Assembly (NCBI GenBank): GCA_030141605.1
Contig: JAQGDQ010000120.1
Coordinates: 186,001 to 250,000, forward strand
Direction: 5' to 3'
Source of the DNA: Tubiluchus corallicola
Lineage: Eukaryota > Animalia > Priapulida
DNA: 64,000 bases
Shown piece after piece: positions 51,749 to 64,000 of the stretch. The notes below the pieces were generated by a model that was given only the letters and a program-made list of their open reading frames with translations, was not told the DNA's origin and did not search any database. How positions within the stretch are numbered: position 1 is the stretch's first letter; the number at the start of each line of letters is the position of its first letter. The translations under genes were made by a program, and so were the position numbers.

Positions 51749-53224
51749 CTGATCGTGATGATGATGATATTGATAGTGATGATGATGATGATTTCGATGA
51801 TGATCGTGTTTATGCGACAAGTGACGATAACATTGACTGCTTTCAAAGTTATATTGTCTATTCAGGTCTTTTAAGTAAAATGTCATTTTTACTAGAAACT
51901 ATGCAGGCATGTATACTTCTGTACGGCATTTTATGCAACACATGTCTTTCTCACAATCATTTCCATCCATTTCTTGGTACAGTTATTACTACTGAGGATA
52001 ATAGACTAGGCTAAATGTGTAATAAAAGTATCTAAACGCGTTTGCTACTATCACTGGGACGTTAACTGGGAAATATTTTATGATTTTACTGTGCAGCGTT
52101 CTTATACTTCTGCCACTTGCAGACTGAGAACTTTCACATATTCGAACTATATAAAGCCAGACACGGGATATTAAATTTTACGGTTCAACAACGCTCAACA
52201 ATTTCGTTCAAGTTTATGTCACGTTTTGAGAATAAGGAGTAAATTGGAAGTGTAAAATCAAATAAATACCGCATAAACCCCATCAAATAAATATCGTATA
52301 AACTCCAGAAATGTGCTAAATTGACAATTGGCTACGTACATACTATAAACTATATGTAACGGGATTCACCACAAGGGAACTTTTGTCTGCCTTTGTGTCT
52401 GTCCCCGTCGCCAAATACAGACAGCAGCCTAAACCTAATTACATTTAGCTACTCATTGTGGTGAGATAGGAACACACCATAGCAAATTATGCAAATTTAT
52501 TTAAAAAAAATCAGTGCAACCCTTCAGGTGTTGGAGATTTTGGGTCCTGCTTCAGGGTGACTGGCATACCTGATAGTCTCCGTAATCTCACATTTCTGAA
52601 GGCTTTGCATGTCGTTAAGAAGCAGCCTTTCTTGAATACTGGACACCTTACTGACCAACCACTAAAGTAAGCTTGACTCGAGTGTAATTTTAAAACCAAT
52701 GCTTTCTATCATTCACATTGATTGCGAATTTCTTGTCATTGTTATTGCAGCAAAGACTGTGTGGATAATTTGCCCCGAGAATATGCCTTTGCCGAAAAAA
52801 CGTCCGTATTATTAAATAAGTTTCACATATCGATAATTTGCAGAATCTGAATACATATATTACGTATTTGTATTAAAAGTTATAGAGACATAAATAAAGG
52901 GTTAGCGGCAGAGACTAGTTCAATTCAAAGTATTGCTCGCATTGAGGTTCATTTGTTACTATTTCAGTGATATTGAAAGAAAAACAGGAATTATATTTCT
53001 AACCAAACTCATTAACAAGGACTTTTTTCAGCGTAGCACAAGCACAGCTATCACATATGTCTTGACGCGCATGTAGCTGACACCACAGCAAAAGCAAAGC
53101 ACTTCAAATACCATTTACTGGTTTTCCCCTTGTATCACTTAAAGACAATACAAAGCTTAAAATATAATAGTAAATCCACTTAGACAACATATACATGTTT
53201 GTAAACAGGTAAAAATAAATCTAC

Positions 53225-53279
53225 CTTTCTTTACTTGACCTCGTTCTCGCTAAAGCAGTTCACAAGATGCTGAGGCTAC
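53225..53279 (-). other. Candidate 55-nt non-coding (5'UTR) exon
   Basis: Minus strand: ctaat...ctttatattctttcAG|gtagcc...aagaaag|GTagat; no ATG inside; same strand as the receptor. Confidence 0.35.
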
Positions 53280-54167
53280 CTGAAAGAATATAAAGCCGTT
53301 TAGTTCATTAGAACGAAATTGATTTCATCGGGGAATTGCTTAGCTTTAGCTTTACAAATTTGTTCTCGAATGATGTAGTACATGAGATTTAGAGCGACAT
53401 AAGAAGACATACTGCTGACTACAGTAATTTAATAAAACTGGAGAAACAGCCCTCCCAGTGGACTTAGTTGACGGATGAAGCTTCTAGCTGAATGCTAATT
53501 CTTTTAATAAGATTCTAAAGCTTTTTAATAAGATCATGAGCTCTATGACTGATATAAGTAATAACTCAATTAACTCAGTTAGGCTGGTCATATAAAAAAC
53601 CAACATATGAAGCCTAATCTCATATGCTTACACGTACTTATATATGGCAGAATATAGAGTATATGAGAGAATATCATGTTATCATTTAGGAAAAGCAGCG
53701 TCTAAAGTTTTTTTGCTTTTTGCTTCCCGGTATTTCTTTGAACTTCTACTACTCCTCGTGGGAGACGAAAGGGCATTAACTTTCAGAAGGTTAGCTCAAT
53801 TTTCTATTCATTGTAGAGGTTACTACTGTTATCATGCGAAGCATTTATATTCATTATCTACTTCCTAAGAGCAGGAAGACAATGAATTATTAGAGGGATG
53901 TGGTTCGTAGTGCTATGATTTATGACAGGGATTTATGTATTTAAATGACTGGGATATTTGAGATAATCCAAACGAGGAGTTTAATTAACATTGGCTGATG
54001 AAGGTCTGAATACTGCTGAATGTTGCATTTTGGTTTCTGTAATAAGCTCATTATCATTTTTAAGGATTTTTCGAATTTTCTTTGTAGTCAAGAGCAAAAA
54101 TTAGATTGCTCGCTAGTGCTGGTTCAATTACACACATACCGTTGGCGCTGCCTGTTGTTACCTTCAT

Positions 54168-54230
54168 TATCGCCGTCGTCGTCGTCATCGTCATCATCAT
54201 CATCATCATCGTCATCAATTGCCATCATCA
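54168..54230. repeat. (TCG/TCA)n microsatellite
   Basis: Directly visible. Confidence 0.9.
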
Positions 54231-57200
54231 TAGACATTTGTATTGTCATAATATCTTTCGCTCTGTCTTTTATGCTTCTTGTTTTTTATTTTCTGCCTGA
54301 TCTGCTCTTTCTCTTTTTCTAGCTCTGTTGTTCTTTTTGAAATGTAATATCACAATGTGGATTCTATTATTACACACTTTTTATGCCTTTATTACTTGTA
54401 TTTTCAACGCAACTGTCTCCGATTTCTCCTCTCGCTGATATTATTAAATAAATAAACACACTTGCACACGCCACTTCTTGCCAAGAAAAGAGTTCTGACA
54501 TGTAATGGGAATATCTCAACGCAAAACATCAACAGCTGCAGCGGTATTAACATTTAATAAGATTTTCCCAAGAAAACAAATCAAAAGCTGTCAATGCGAA
54601 CTTCTTTTGTATAATAAGGACAAATAATACTTTCAAAATCTCGTTCTGAGAAATTTATTTTATGAGCGATAATGTTTCAGTAGTTCACTGAGCTGATTTT
54701 TAATTTAATGTATTTTTATTTGACTTGGCGATGAGATTTGGAAAATTATTTTTATGAATTATATATACATGCGTCCAAAACTAAATTTTTGAGCGCAAAG
54801 TTGCATTAATATTTACTACCATACTATTGTCATTAACGTCGCAGAATAGAAATACCTACGTAAATGCTTAACGTCTTACGTCAGTCTCTTTATCCTGTGG
54901 CCAACGTCACTGCCCATTCACCACACCTCACCACGACTATCACCATAACGACTACTGATGCTACTGCCACCACCATCGACACTAATACTACTGAAACCGC
55001 CACTATCACCTCCTTTTTATAATTTTATGATGATGTTAGATAAAATGTAGCGCAAACATAAAAAGGAAACTTTGCTCAAGCTTTTACTGTGCAGCTCTAG
55101 GGTACAAATTTTTTGACTACAGTTTTAATCACATAAAAATTGTATACAATAAAGGAATCCTAAAGTTATTTCAGCCACAATATGACAGTTCTGCAAGGGG
55201 AATGTGTGTTCAACTTAAAATACTGTATTTTGACGCTATAATTCGAAAATGTACTTATTCACTTAAAAACAGGCTGGCGAAAAGTTTTAATACTTTAATA
55301 ATGTTTTAGTACAAAACATATGAAATAGTGAATGCAGGTATCAATCTAAAATTCGCCAGCACTGGCTGAAAATTTTATATGTATCAAACAGGCTATTATG
55401 ACTTCATTAGATTTTTATTGCAGAGTTCTTATTGTATTTACATACTCTTTGTTTTTAGTACTACTTTTGAACTACTGATATTTTATTGTTTATTGTTTAG
55501 AATGGCAATGCTAATGAAATGTTCGGGGGGGGGGGGGGATTATTGTATGTGCTGTACATAGAAGTGTGTTTTTTCTAATTAAGATTTTGCCATAGCAAAA
55601 TTGGTATGAAGATTTTTTTATTATTTTTTGTATAATGCTGTCTTTACGTTTTTAACTCCTATTTTATAATGGAAGAAATTCTGTAATAATAAGTCATGTT
55701 TTCACATTAAATATTTTCTGAACTTGTCTACACTTCTGCCAGCAGAGATTATGAAATTCTGCTTCGGAAAGCGCAGCGTAGCTTAGAAGAAGATTATATT
55801 TGTATATCATTAATTAATGAAATCAATGCACATTTTAATGAGCGCGTAACTGTTAAAAATATTACAGATTCACTGCTTACATCGAATATGTTGGCGAAGC
55901 GAAATAATTAACATATTCATTAATGTTCCTCAGCGATGTCAGCTACACATGTCGTGGAGTTGCGTTTCTAAGACAAACACGTATACAAGAAGGCGCATGA
56001 TATACGTTTAAACTGTACAACCCTAGAACCTAGGTACAACGAGCTAAAACAGTTTATAATTATTACTTTATCAGACTGTTGTCAAACAAAATTGCCTACG
56101 TTCGCTTAGATCTTGTAAACTTCAAAATGCATTCTCGGGGTTATGGACCTTCCCTTCCTACACAAGCCCGAATTCTTCTAAAACTATTTACCTTTCATTT
56201 TCAGGGCTTTTCTATCTCAACGAAAGTATCTCAACACAAGTACTACGAGAGCTGCAAGCAACAATAAACAGTGACACCCGAATTTAGGAGTAGCAGGAGT
56301 AGCTTTGCGTGCAGGCGCGAATGGATCGTGATTACCTGTGTTCGATACTCGATCGAGGGGTTCATTTCGCCATACTGCTTTTGACTTTTTACCTCGTAGA
56401 GGCAGGATGTATGTACAACATTTCAGTGGCTCAGCTTGCACAGTGTGAGGAAATGTATTTGTGCTTGAAACCTGTAACACTTTTAGTATATACTATTGTG
56501 ATTGTAAATAGTAATATATGTAATGCATACCTAATAAATTAAATTACAAAGAAGTGATGTAACAGCATTTTTACTGCTCGAGTGTGAGTTGTCAAAAGGT
56601 TTTGTCAAAAGGGAAGAAAAGGAAACTTTAAAGAATGTCTCAAGAAAGCTTTCCTTGCAACTTATCCAAACAACCTACCACCAAATGGGAGAGCCTAGCG
56701 GCCAAACGAGAGTTTGAAACACAAGAATAAGCAAAGCTTAAAAAATCACCTTAAAGTTTTCATATCCGTTACGTGCTACCTTATTACAGAACCTGCATTA
56801 GGGGTAGCGCCTTATAAAACTTAAGCGCAGCTATTTGAAGGGTAAGTCAACTGAAACAAGTTTAGATAACATTGCGTAAAGTTTCAAAAAATAATCAGAG
56901 CATTCCTAGCACACTCTTCGCTGACAAAGCAAAAGTATAAATTACTTTATATTGTCAGTAAGATCATTAATTTGTGTTTTTTGTGAGCCATTGGTGCACA
57001 CTGATATGTAATACAGTGATGTTTTTGCAGTTGGGCGAACATTATAAATGCCTTTTCCAATTATATAAGTTTTTCAAACAGGTAAGTGTTATGTAGTATA
57101 ACTTTGAAAGGATAATTTTTTGGAATATACTTTAAATTTCCCTTTTCTTCCCTTTTAAAGTTTCAAGTTGTCTACAATCTTGCTGCTAATGCAAATTCTG

Positions 57201-58344
57201 TGCGCAATAAGACATGTAGATGATATAAAATTTGAAAACGAATTTTTATCTTTGTGTAACAAGAGTGTTTTCTTGTCTTGAATGCGAGGTTATGCTTATA
57301 ATTACAAATGTACAACAGGAAGGTTTACATTATAGGTGAAATAATAATTGAAAAAGCTGCCTGTGTGATCGCTGTTTTTTAACTACTTTTCAGCCACCAT
57401 TATCCGCTTAAACACTTGTAATTAGATCACAAATGATCAATAAGTTGTTTTGTGGGCTAGTCAAATGTAAACACGTAAATCATCTTATCGTTTTGTATTT
57501 TATTTTCAAGTAATAAACTTTAAGTAGAAAACTACGAATTCTGAAAACACAAATGGCCATCAGTAAGAACCTACGACGTTGAGAGAAATTTATTTACCGT
57601 ATTTATGGCGTCTGTTTTCCAAATGCTGATAAACATTATAATTTCCGATTGAAACAGATTATACTTCAAATTAAATGTAGTCATGTTCACGATCTTTCAT
57701 TTCGAGTCCAAGCATCTGAAAAGTGGAAACGATTTCATTTTTGGGTGGCGGAATATACAATAAAGTTCAAATTGTACATTTAGAGGGCAGAAGCTGCTTG
57801 TTTTCAGGGCAAATAATTATACTTCAAAATTTAAGATTTCACTATTCAAAAAATGCTTACGTACTGCACTATTTCTTTTTACTACCTACAATTAAAGTGT
57901 TTCTTGTACGACGAATTGTATTTAGTTTTTAAAGATTTTAGCATTAATAATAGTACCTGCTATTAAATTTAGTTCACTAAACCACAAGTCCCTTAATGCA
58001 CTGACATGTTTGCAAAAGGAAAACATAGGCAACAATACATGTCACCATTATTTCTTTTGAATTTTTAAATTAAACATTGGAAGAAATAGTTTTAAAGTAT
58101 TTGCATGTTTGCTCAGTGAAATAAAAACCTATAGCTTGTGACACGTTAGACCATATTTTTTTACTAAAACTTTTTGTAATTTGGATTCTTGCATTTATGT
58201 ATCATTACTTTTGCAATGACTACATTATATTGAATACAAATATGTATAAATATAAATTATAAACATGAAAGCCTATAAGTAAAAGTATTTAGTTTTTAGA
58301 CACATAATAATAATATATTATTATGTGGCCGGTTGTTTATAGTT

Positions 58345-59100
58345 ATTTGGGAATGCAGCCGATCACGCCAAACTGGATCGAAAGCTTTAGAAATATATCT
58401 AATTACACCCCGACTACCTCTTCCTGACTACTAATCCTTGAATAGATGCTATGCACAATATTAGTTAGCTGATAAGTTGATGAATCAAGAAGTCGGAAAC
58501 CACATTGATATTTGGAGAAAAGGCTAGTTTCGTGCAAAAAGTCGCAAATTCTTTTAAAGGTAATTTTTTCAAGGCTGTAATCCCATCGTATCCACAGTCC
58601 ACGGGCTTTGTTGGAATCTAGACCGTTAATTATGTTTGTTATTTCCTCAGGTAAACAAGAAATATGATTTAATGTAGGCACAGATTCATTATCTACATTG
58701 TGAGATACTTCCAAGTTAGAAGTATCAACCGTAGTTATTGAAGAAAAATGGTTGTTAAGTAGAAGGATTTCCTTATCAACGTTGTCAAAGTAAAGTACAT
58801 CATTTGGAATCAGGTTGATATATAATTTATTCTTTTTGGCCTGTTTAGTTAATTTTCACCATTCCCTGCTGGATATATTTGGATCGTTCAGTGACGCATA
58901 AATCATATTCTCATAATTTCTTTTGGCAGTTCTACAAGCTTGCGTGTAAGAATTTCGTAACCTTTTATTATTAGCTCAATCAGTAGAATTTTTTGTTCTG
59001 AAAGCTTTCTTGTATTATTAAATCTATTGACTTTCTGCCTCTGAACAAAGAAGCGTTTACTACACCAGGGTTTATTATTAGGAAATACCGTAACCTAAGA
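58345..59100 (-). mobile_element. CR1-type LINE ORF2 fragment with internal deletion
   Basis: NKPW..., EEITNIINGLDSNKARG, QCGFRLLDSSTYQL, and SKAFDPVWRD in broken frames. Confidence 0.85.
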
Positions 59101-62100
59101 TTTGGTATCACCTCTTATACATAAGCGATATAATATCACCACTCAATATAATATCAGAATATTATAATCGGATTATGCATAATATTCGTCACTACGAAAT
59201 TGCCAGGAGACCCTTTAACAGGATTTATATAAATTTATTGCACTAAGCTTAGCTTTCAGCGAAGACAGCAGAACTGGATTCCATCGTGCCTTTTTAGTGA
59301 CAAAGAGGCAGCAGTCAGCAAGTGTTTTAACGTTGATATTGGATAGTGGTATACTGTGGGGGTTAAATCAACACCTTATGGCCTCCGAAATTCAAATTTG
59401 TTATGCACTTCAAGACGTGGCATCACTAGAGTCAGTCTAAATATGCCAAGATCTGGAACCTACTACGAAACAGCATTAAAGACGTCTAAATTCGGTTGTC
59501 AGGTTCAAGCAGGTCATTAAAAATTGGCATAGTTCTAATTTTGAAAAATTACTAATTGCTTAATTGCTAAATATTTTATTGTATTTTGCATTGCTATGTT
59601 TTGTCACATGATTGTTGTATTTTAAATTTCGCATATTCTTATATCTTACTCTGTGCACAGCTAGTTTTTGTTGTTTTTAAAATTGACTCAACATGAAACG
59701 TGAAATGTCACGAAATGAAAATCTAGTTTACACAGTATGCAGGCATAAATCGTTTGCGTGCAATTTTAACACGCAATTTAAAGAGATTCGTCAGCATATT
59801 GCAGTGATTCTCTTTCTGCTCTCCAATTCTCACTATCTAGAAGCCGTCTATTACCAGATATCTGTACACATTGTTGTGTTTATTGGCAAACTGTAGCCGA
59901 CAGGTAGGCAAACAAGCGTTTCGTAGAGAAATACTGAAAGACCCTGAGTATCGCTCAGCAAGTAATAATTACACCCGCGAATCACGGGCACAGTTTTATG
60001 ACAGGTAGGAATCAATTATCAATACTGTCAGCATATAGCTAGTAAAAACACGTAGAAAAATCATGAAATAACTATTATATAGCATGACACCTACTACCTA
60101 CAACTGTTAAGGCTGAAATCTCCAGTATGTAATATGTCAGTAGCTTAGTGATTACATGTTTTTTATGGTCAACAAAAAATTGAAACCTTTTGATAAAAAT
60201 TGAATTACTTAGGCAAAATTTCCATGAAATGAAAACATAAAAACATCGAATCTTGGCTTTAGCTGCAAAAGAAACGATTTTGCGAGCTCACCCGATATGT
60301 CTCTTGTAGTTTAAGGTAATATTAAAATTTCAACTACTATTATAACTTTTAGTGTGATGTTGTGATGTCAGATATGATTTTTTTTATCTGGTAACACACA
60401 ATGTATTTACGCTGGGATAAATATTCTTGCAAAATCAAAAGCATGTCAAACCCATAATAAACAAAATAAACTTTCCTAGGCTTTGGTAATTCTAATTTAA
60501 TGTAATGTAATTGAGTGAATGAGTGAGTCAGTGAATTTGTCAGTCAGTAAATACGAAGCTGAAAAAGGCTTGGAGTATATGTAGGTATAGGTGTACAGGC
60601 TTGTGAAATTCAACATGTATTACCGAACAGAGAAATTACAGCAATGAAGCCATGTTCCTTGCCGACCAGCACCAACTGGCTTCTTTCATCAATAATTGTA
60701 TTCTTTGTGCTGTATAGATTGTGAAAAAAACATTTGTAATTTATGTCTACACGCAATAGCACGGTGCACAAGTAAAATTGCTGCAGTCCAATCAGTTTAT
60801 TGCAAAAAAAATCATTTTTACGTTTCTGTGCTTAAATTGAGAACTTTAGTGCTTGCAGTTAATGTTCCGTTGATTATTTGTCAAAAATATCACTGTTGCG
60901 TGTTTTCGAAGTTGCAAAATTTAATGTGGATTGCCTGGTGATTATTATAGTAACACGTAATTGTGTGTTTAGACCAGTCTCGTTCTGGCTCATTACGTTT
61001 TTGCTGATTACCTGCAATGCACGTTGATGTACGCTCTATTATATTTATAGATCCATTTTAGTAAATTGGTAACTATATGAAGGAAAAATGAAAAGTCCAT
61101 TTCATGCTCCAACATGTTTTTCAAACGATTGTCTGCAATTTTCAGCTTTTTTGTGTCACATTTCGCTTTCGCTTTTGGCTTTTCGCCTTTGTTTACGTTG
61201 TGCTTCTATCAAACTTTCACCTCAACTTCCGAGATGAATATTATTCCCAAGTTTCCGTCAGTTTTGTCGTGTTTTCTAATATCTTTTGTTGCAGTTTTAC
61301 TGTTTCTATATTTTTCCTTTTGCCCTATTTTCATCTTTTTTGTTGCATTTTGCCCTTTTTTATTTCTGCATTTTTGGTTCTGTTTTATCCCTCTTTCATT
61401 TTGTATTTTACATTTTTTGTCTTTTCGTTTTTCGTACTCACCTGCGTGCCAAAAAAGCGCATTAATGTATATTAGACACACATTTAACATAATTTCTGCA
61501 GAAATGTCAACATCTATTTGAGTAATAATAGATGCCTCGTTCCAACTTTACTGATGTTGAAAATTTTGTTTTGCAAGACGTGTTGTCCCTTTCAAAGACA
61601 ACATTGAATGATAACATTTCAAGTTATTCTTATGTGGTGACAGCTCCTTCTGCCATTTGGATTGCTTCCCGTCTGATTATATTTTGTCTAAAGATTTTCC
61701 ATCCACTGCAGGAGTTCATATGCTATCTCGCGTGACTCTTCGGTTACGATACTGCATACCTGTTTTCCCTCTTTCAGTTTTTCCGCATGTCAGTCATGTC
61801 TTTCTTTCCAATCTTGTGCGGTACTACAAGCTGTCTCATTCAGTCTTAATCAGGTGTATTCAGCACACATGCTCTCTGGAATCTGGAGACTTCTATGCTC
61901 TTCATAAAGACTAGCTTGTCACTTTCTTACAATCAACCCTGCTGACCTTACTTTATCTCAAAATCTTTTTCAAACTACTAGCAGCAATAAGCTAGGGACT
62001 GAACCAAATCCTTCTACTGTTTATTAACAATCAACGGCACTTTTTCTAACCTGATGACACTTCTCTGTATTGTATTTACTGTTGAAATTCACCGCAACTG

Positions 62101-64000
62101 ATTCTGATTAGGCTAGTGGGCCTAAATGGGCTAATGTAGCGAAAGTCGAAGTTGGCTTAAAAAGTCAAAACTGGAGTTTGTTTTTGTTGTCGCAGTACTG
62201 CACAGTGAATTTGCCCGTTGTAGATGTTGGTGTTTCATATCTTTCTGATTTGAGATTTGCTTATTTGCCATGTATCAATGTATGTGCAGTTTTAGGTAGG
62301 ATCTTACTCATGTTGCTAAGGATATATTGAAAAAATGACACATATAGTACTCGATAATATCCAGCTTTTATCAACTGTTTAGTTTTGACAACAACATTTT
62401 ACTTTGCTCACCCTGCAGTCTAGTAATCAACTATACAATCCTGCAACCCTAAAGAAAGTAAACTGACTCCCTTTCTCGTCAAACATCTATTGCCACATCA
62501 TGCCCCTCTTTTATCGCTATCTTTACCAGATTTGCTCATGCGATCTTCCTTATTGGTACTTAATAACTGATAATGCGACTTTTGTTGTTGCTTTTCATCT
62601 AAATCCTACCTTGGAAAAGTCTCCCTTGATGCAGAAAGGAAATTTATAAAACCATTTCTCTTGTATTTTCTGCTCGGGGCTCTTGACTGAGAAAACCCCA
62701 TTTTTATCGGAAACTTGTTTCACTGCCAATTATATCACGTATGATTCAAGAAGAGCACTTGCAGATACCACATCACGTAAACGTGCTAGCTTCTGGAATC
62801 AGATTCATTTTCTTACATTATAACTGTTGCCGATTGTTACTCGCCAACAGTCATGCTTGGTACAATCTAAACGACTCCGTTTTTCACGTTAAATAAATAT
62901 AACGTTTCCTTTCGCGTTAGTAGTTGCTATTTTGTCGTGGATGGCTTTTACGGTTTTTGCCATGCATTGCATTTTACCTCCGTACGCTTCTATTGCTTTT
63001 CTAGTTAGCCTTTACGCCCCGTTAGCGCACTTCCAAGAAATCCTTGCAATTTAATGCTGGTAAGCTGTACTTCTGAACTGAAGACACCAAGCCCTCTATA
63101 GATATATATGCGCGATTCCTATCATTTATATCGTCTTCGAGGACTGCTAAAAGGACTCTGTGGCAACAACACCTTATTATCCGCGGCGGACGGGTATTAA
63201 TCAAGAATGCTAACTGTGAGAAACTCGATAAGTTCTGTCGATTGCGATTTTCCTGCATCCAGCGTCTCGTAATTATCAGCATATTGATTACTCGTAATCG
63301 CTACATGCTACTAGATTCATTTGCATGGCGTTAATCAAGAGTCTGAGATGGGGATTATTTTTATGAAAATGTCATCACACCACAAGCTGTCAGTGTGTGA
63401 TTTCTGTTGCACTTCTGGGTGGTAAAAAGACTCTCGAGTAATATTTGTACAAAAGTAAGCTTGGCTCTTAAACAGTTTCTTACACATGGCAGCACAGTAC
63501 ATTAGCTGGATTTATTTCTTGCGGGTGCGTTACTGCATCACCGTGTGTGTATGCATTGGTTGTCAACACTCTATGACGTTTCAAAGAAAGCTGTGGTTAT
63601 TTTCAAACTATTTGTTGTAAGTTTTTCCAGTGGTGTTATAACGGTACATTATAATAAAAAATATGATGTATTGATTACACAACATGCGCAGGTATTGTAT
63701 GTGAATGTCTGGTTAGTGGTTACTAAACAAACTGCAGTGATAATAGTGTGTTAAGTCTAGACACGTACGCACTGCAGTAGTGATTCAAAACCGTGTTATG
63801 TGCTGTATTTCGATGACACAATAATGCAAACTGTTTAAGCAGAAATAAGCTAACGTCAGTGTATTAAACAGTACAACAATATTAGTAAAATTACTCCTAG
63901 TTTAGGTTTCCCTTGCTTACAGTTGACCAATTGATTCAAAATGGCATACAAAGCGCGCTTGAAAAAATTTTCTGCGCATATCGCAGATTACTGATTAAAT

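Noticed and set aside
56285-56360. tRNA gene or SINE head (GTGTTCGATACTC)
   Set aside because: Only a B-box-like word; no cloverleaf or clear A-box.
61104-61521. Hydrophobic Phe-rich ORFs resembling membrane proteins
   Set aside because: T-rich low-complexity DNA open in several frames.
61500-62800. Possible very old LINE ORF1/endonuclease remnant on the minus strand
   Set aside because: Composition looks coding-like, but no diagnostic motif could be read confidently.

Overview
AT-rich animal genomic DNA, most likely arthropod or another protostome; it is not prokaryotic. The only convincing host gene is a neuropeptide F/NPY receptor-family class A GPCR on the minus strand, with an intronless CDS at 820..2160. 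The ORF track's TTG start at 2184 is an artefact: an in-frame stop and a splice acceptor at 2203 lie just upstream of the ATG. The remaining ~62 kb is non-coding (upstream region and/or a long 5'UTR intron). It is filled with decayed LINE and Penelope fragments, SINEs, hAT-type and other MITEs, Helentron-like repeats, and micro/minisatellites. The most interesting signal is the receptor itself. It has an NPFR backbone but carries an extra six-cysteine acidic module in extracellular loop 2. It has also lost the otherwise conserved ligand-binding residues D6.59 and H7.39, which suggests a neofunctionalised paralogue. All calls were made by eye, without database searches.
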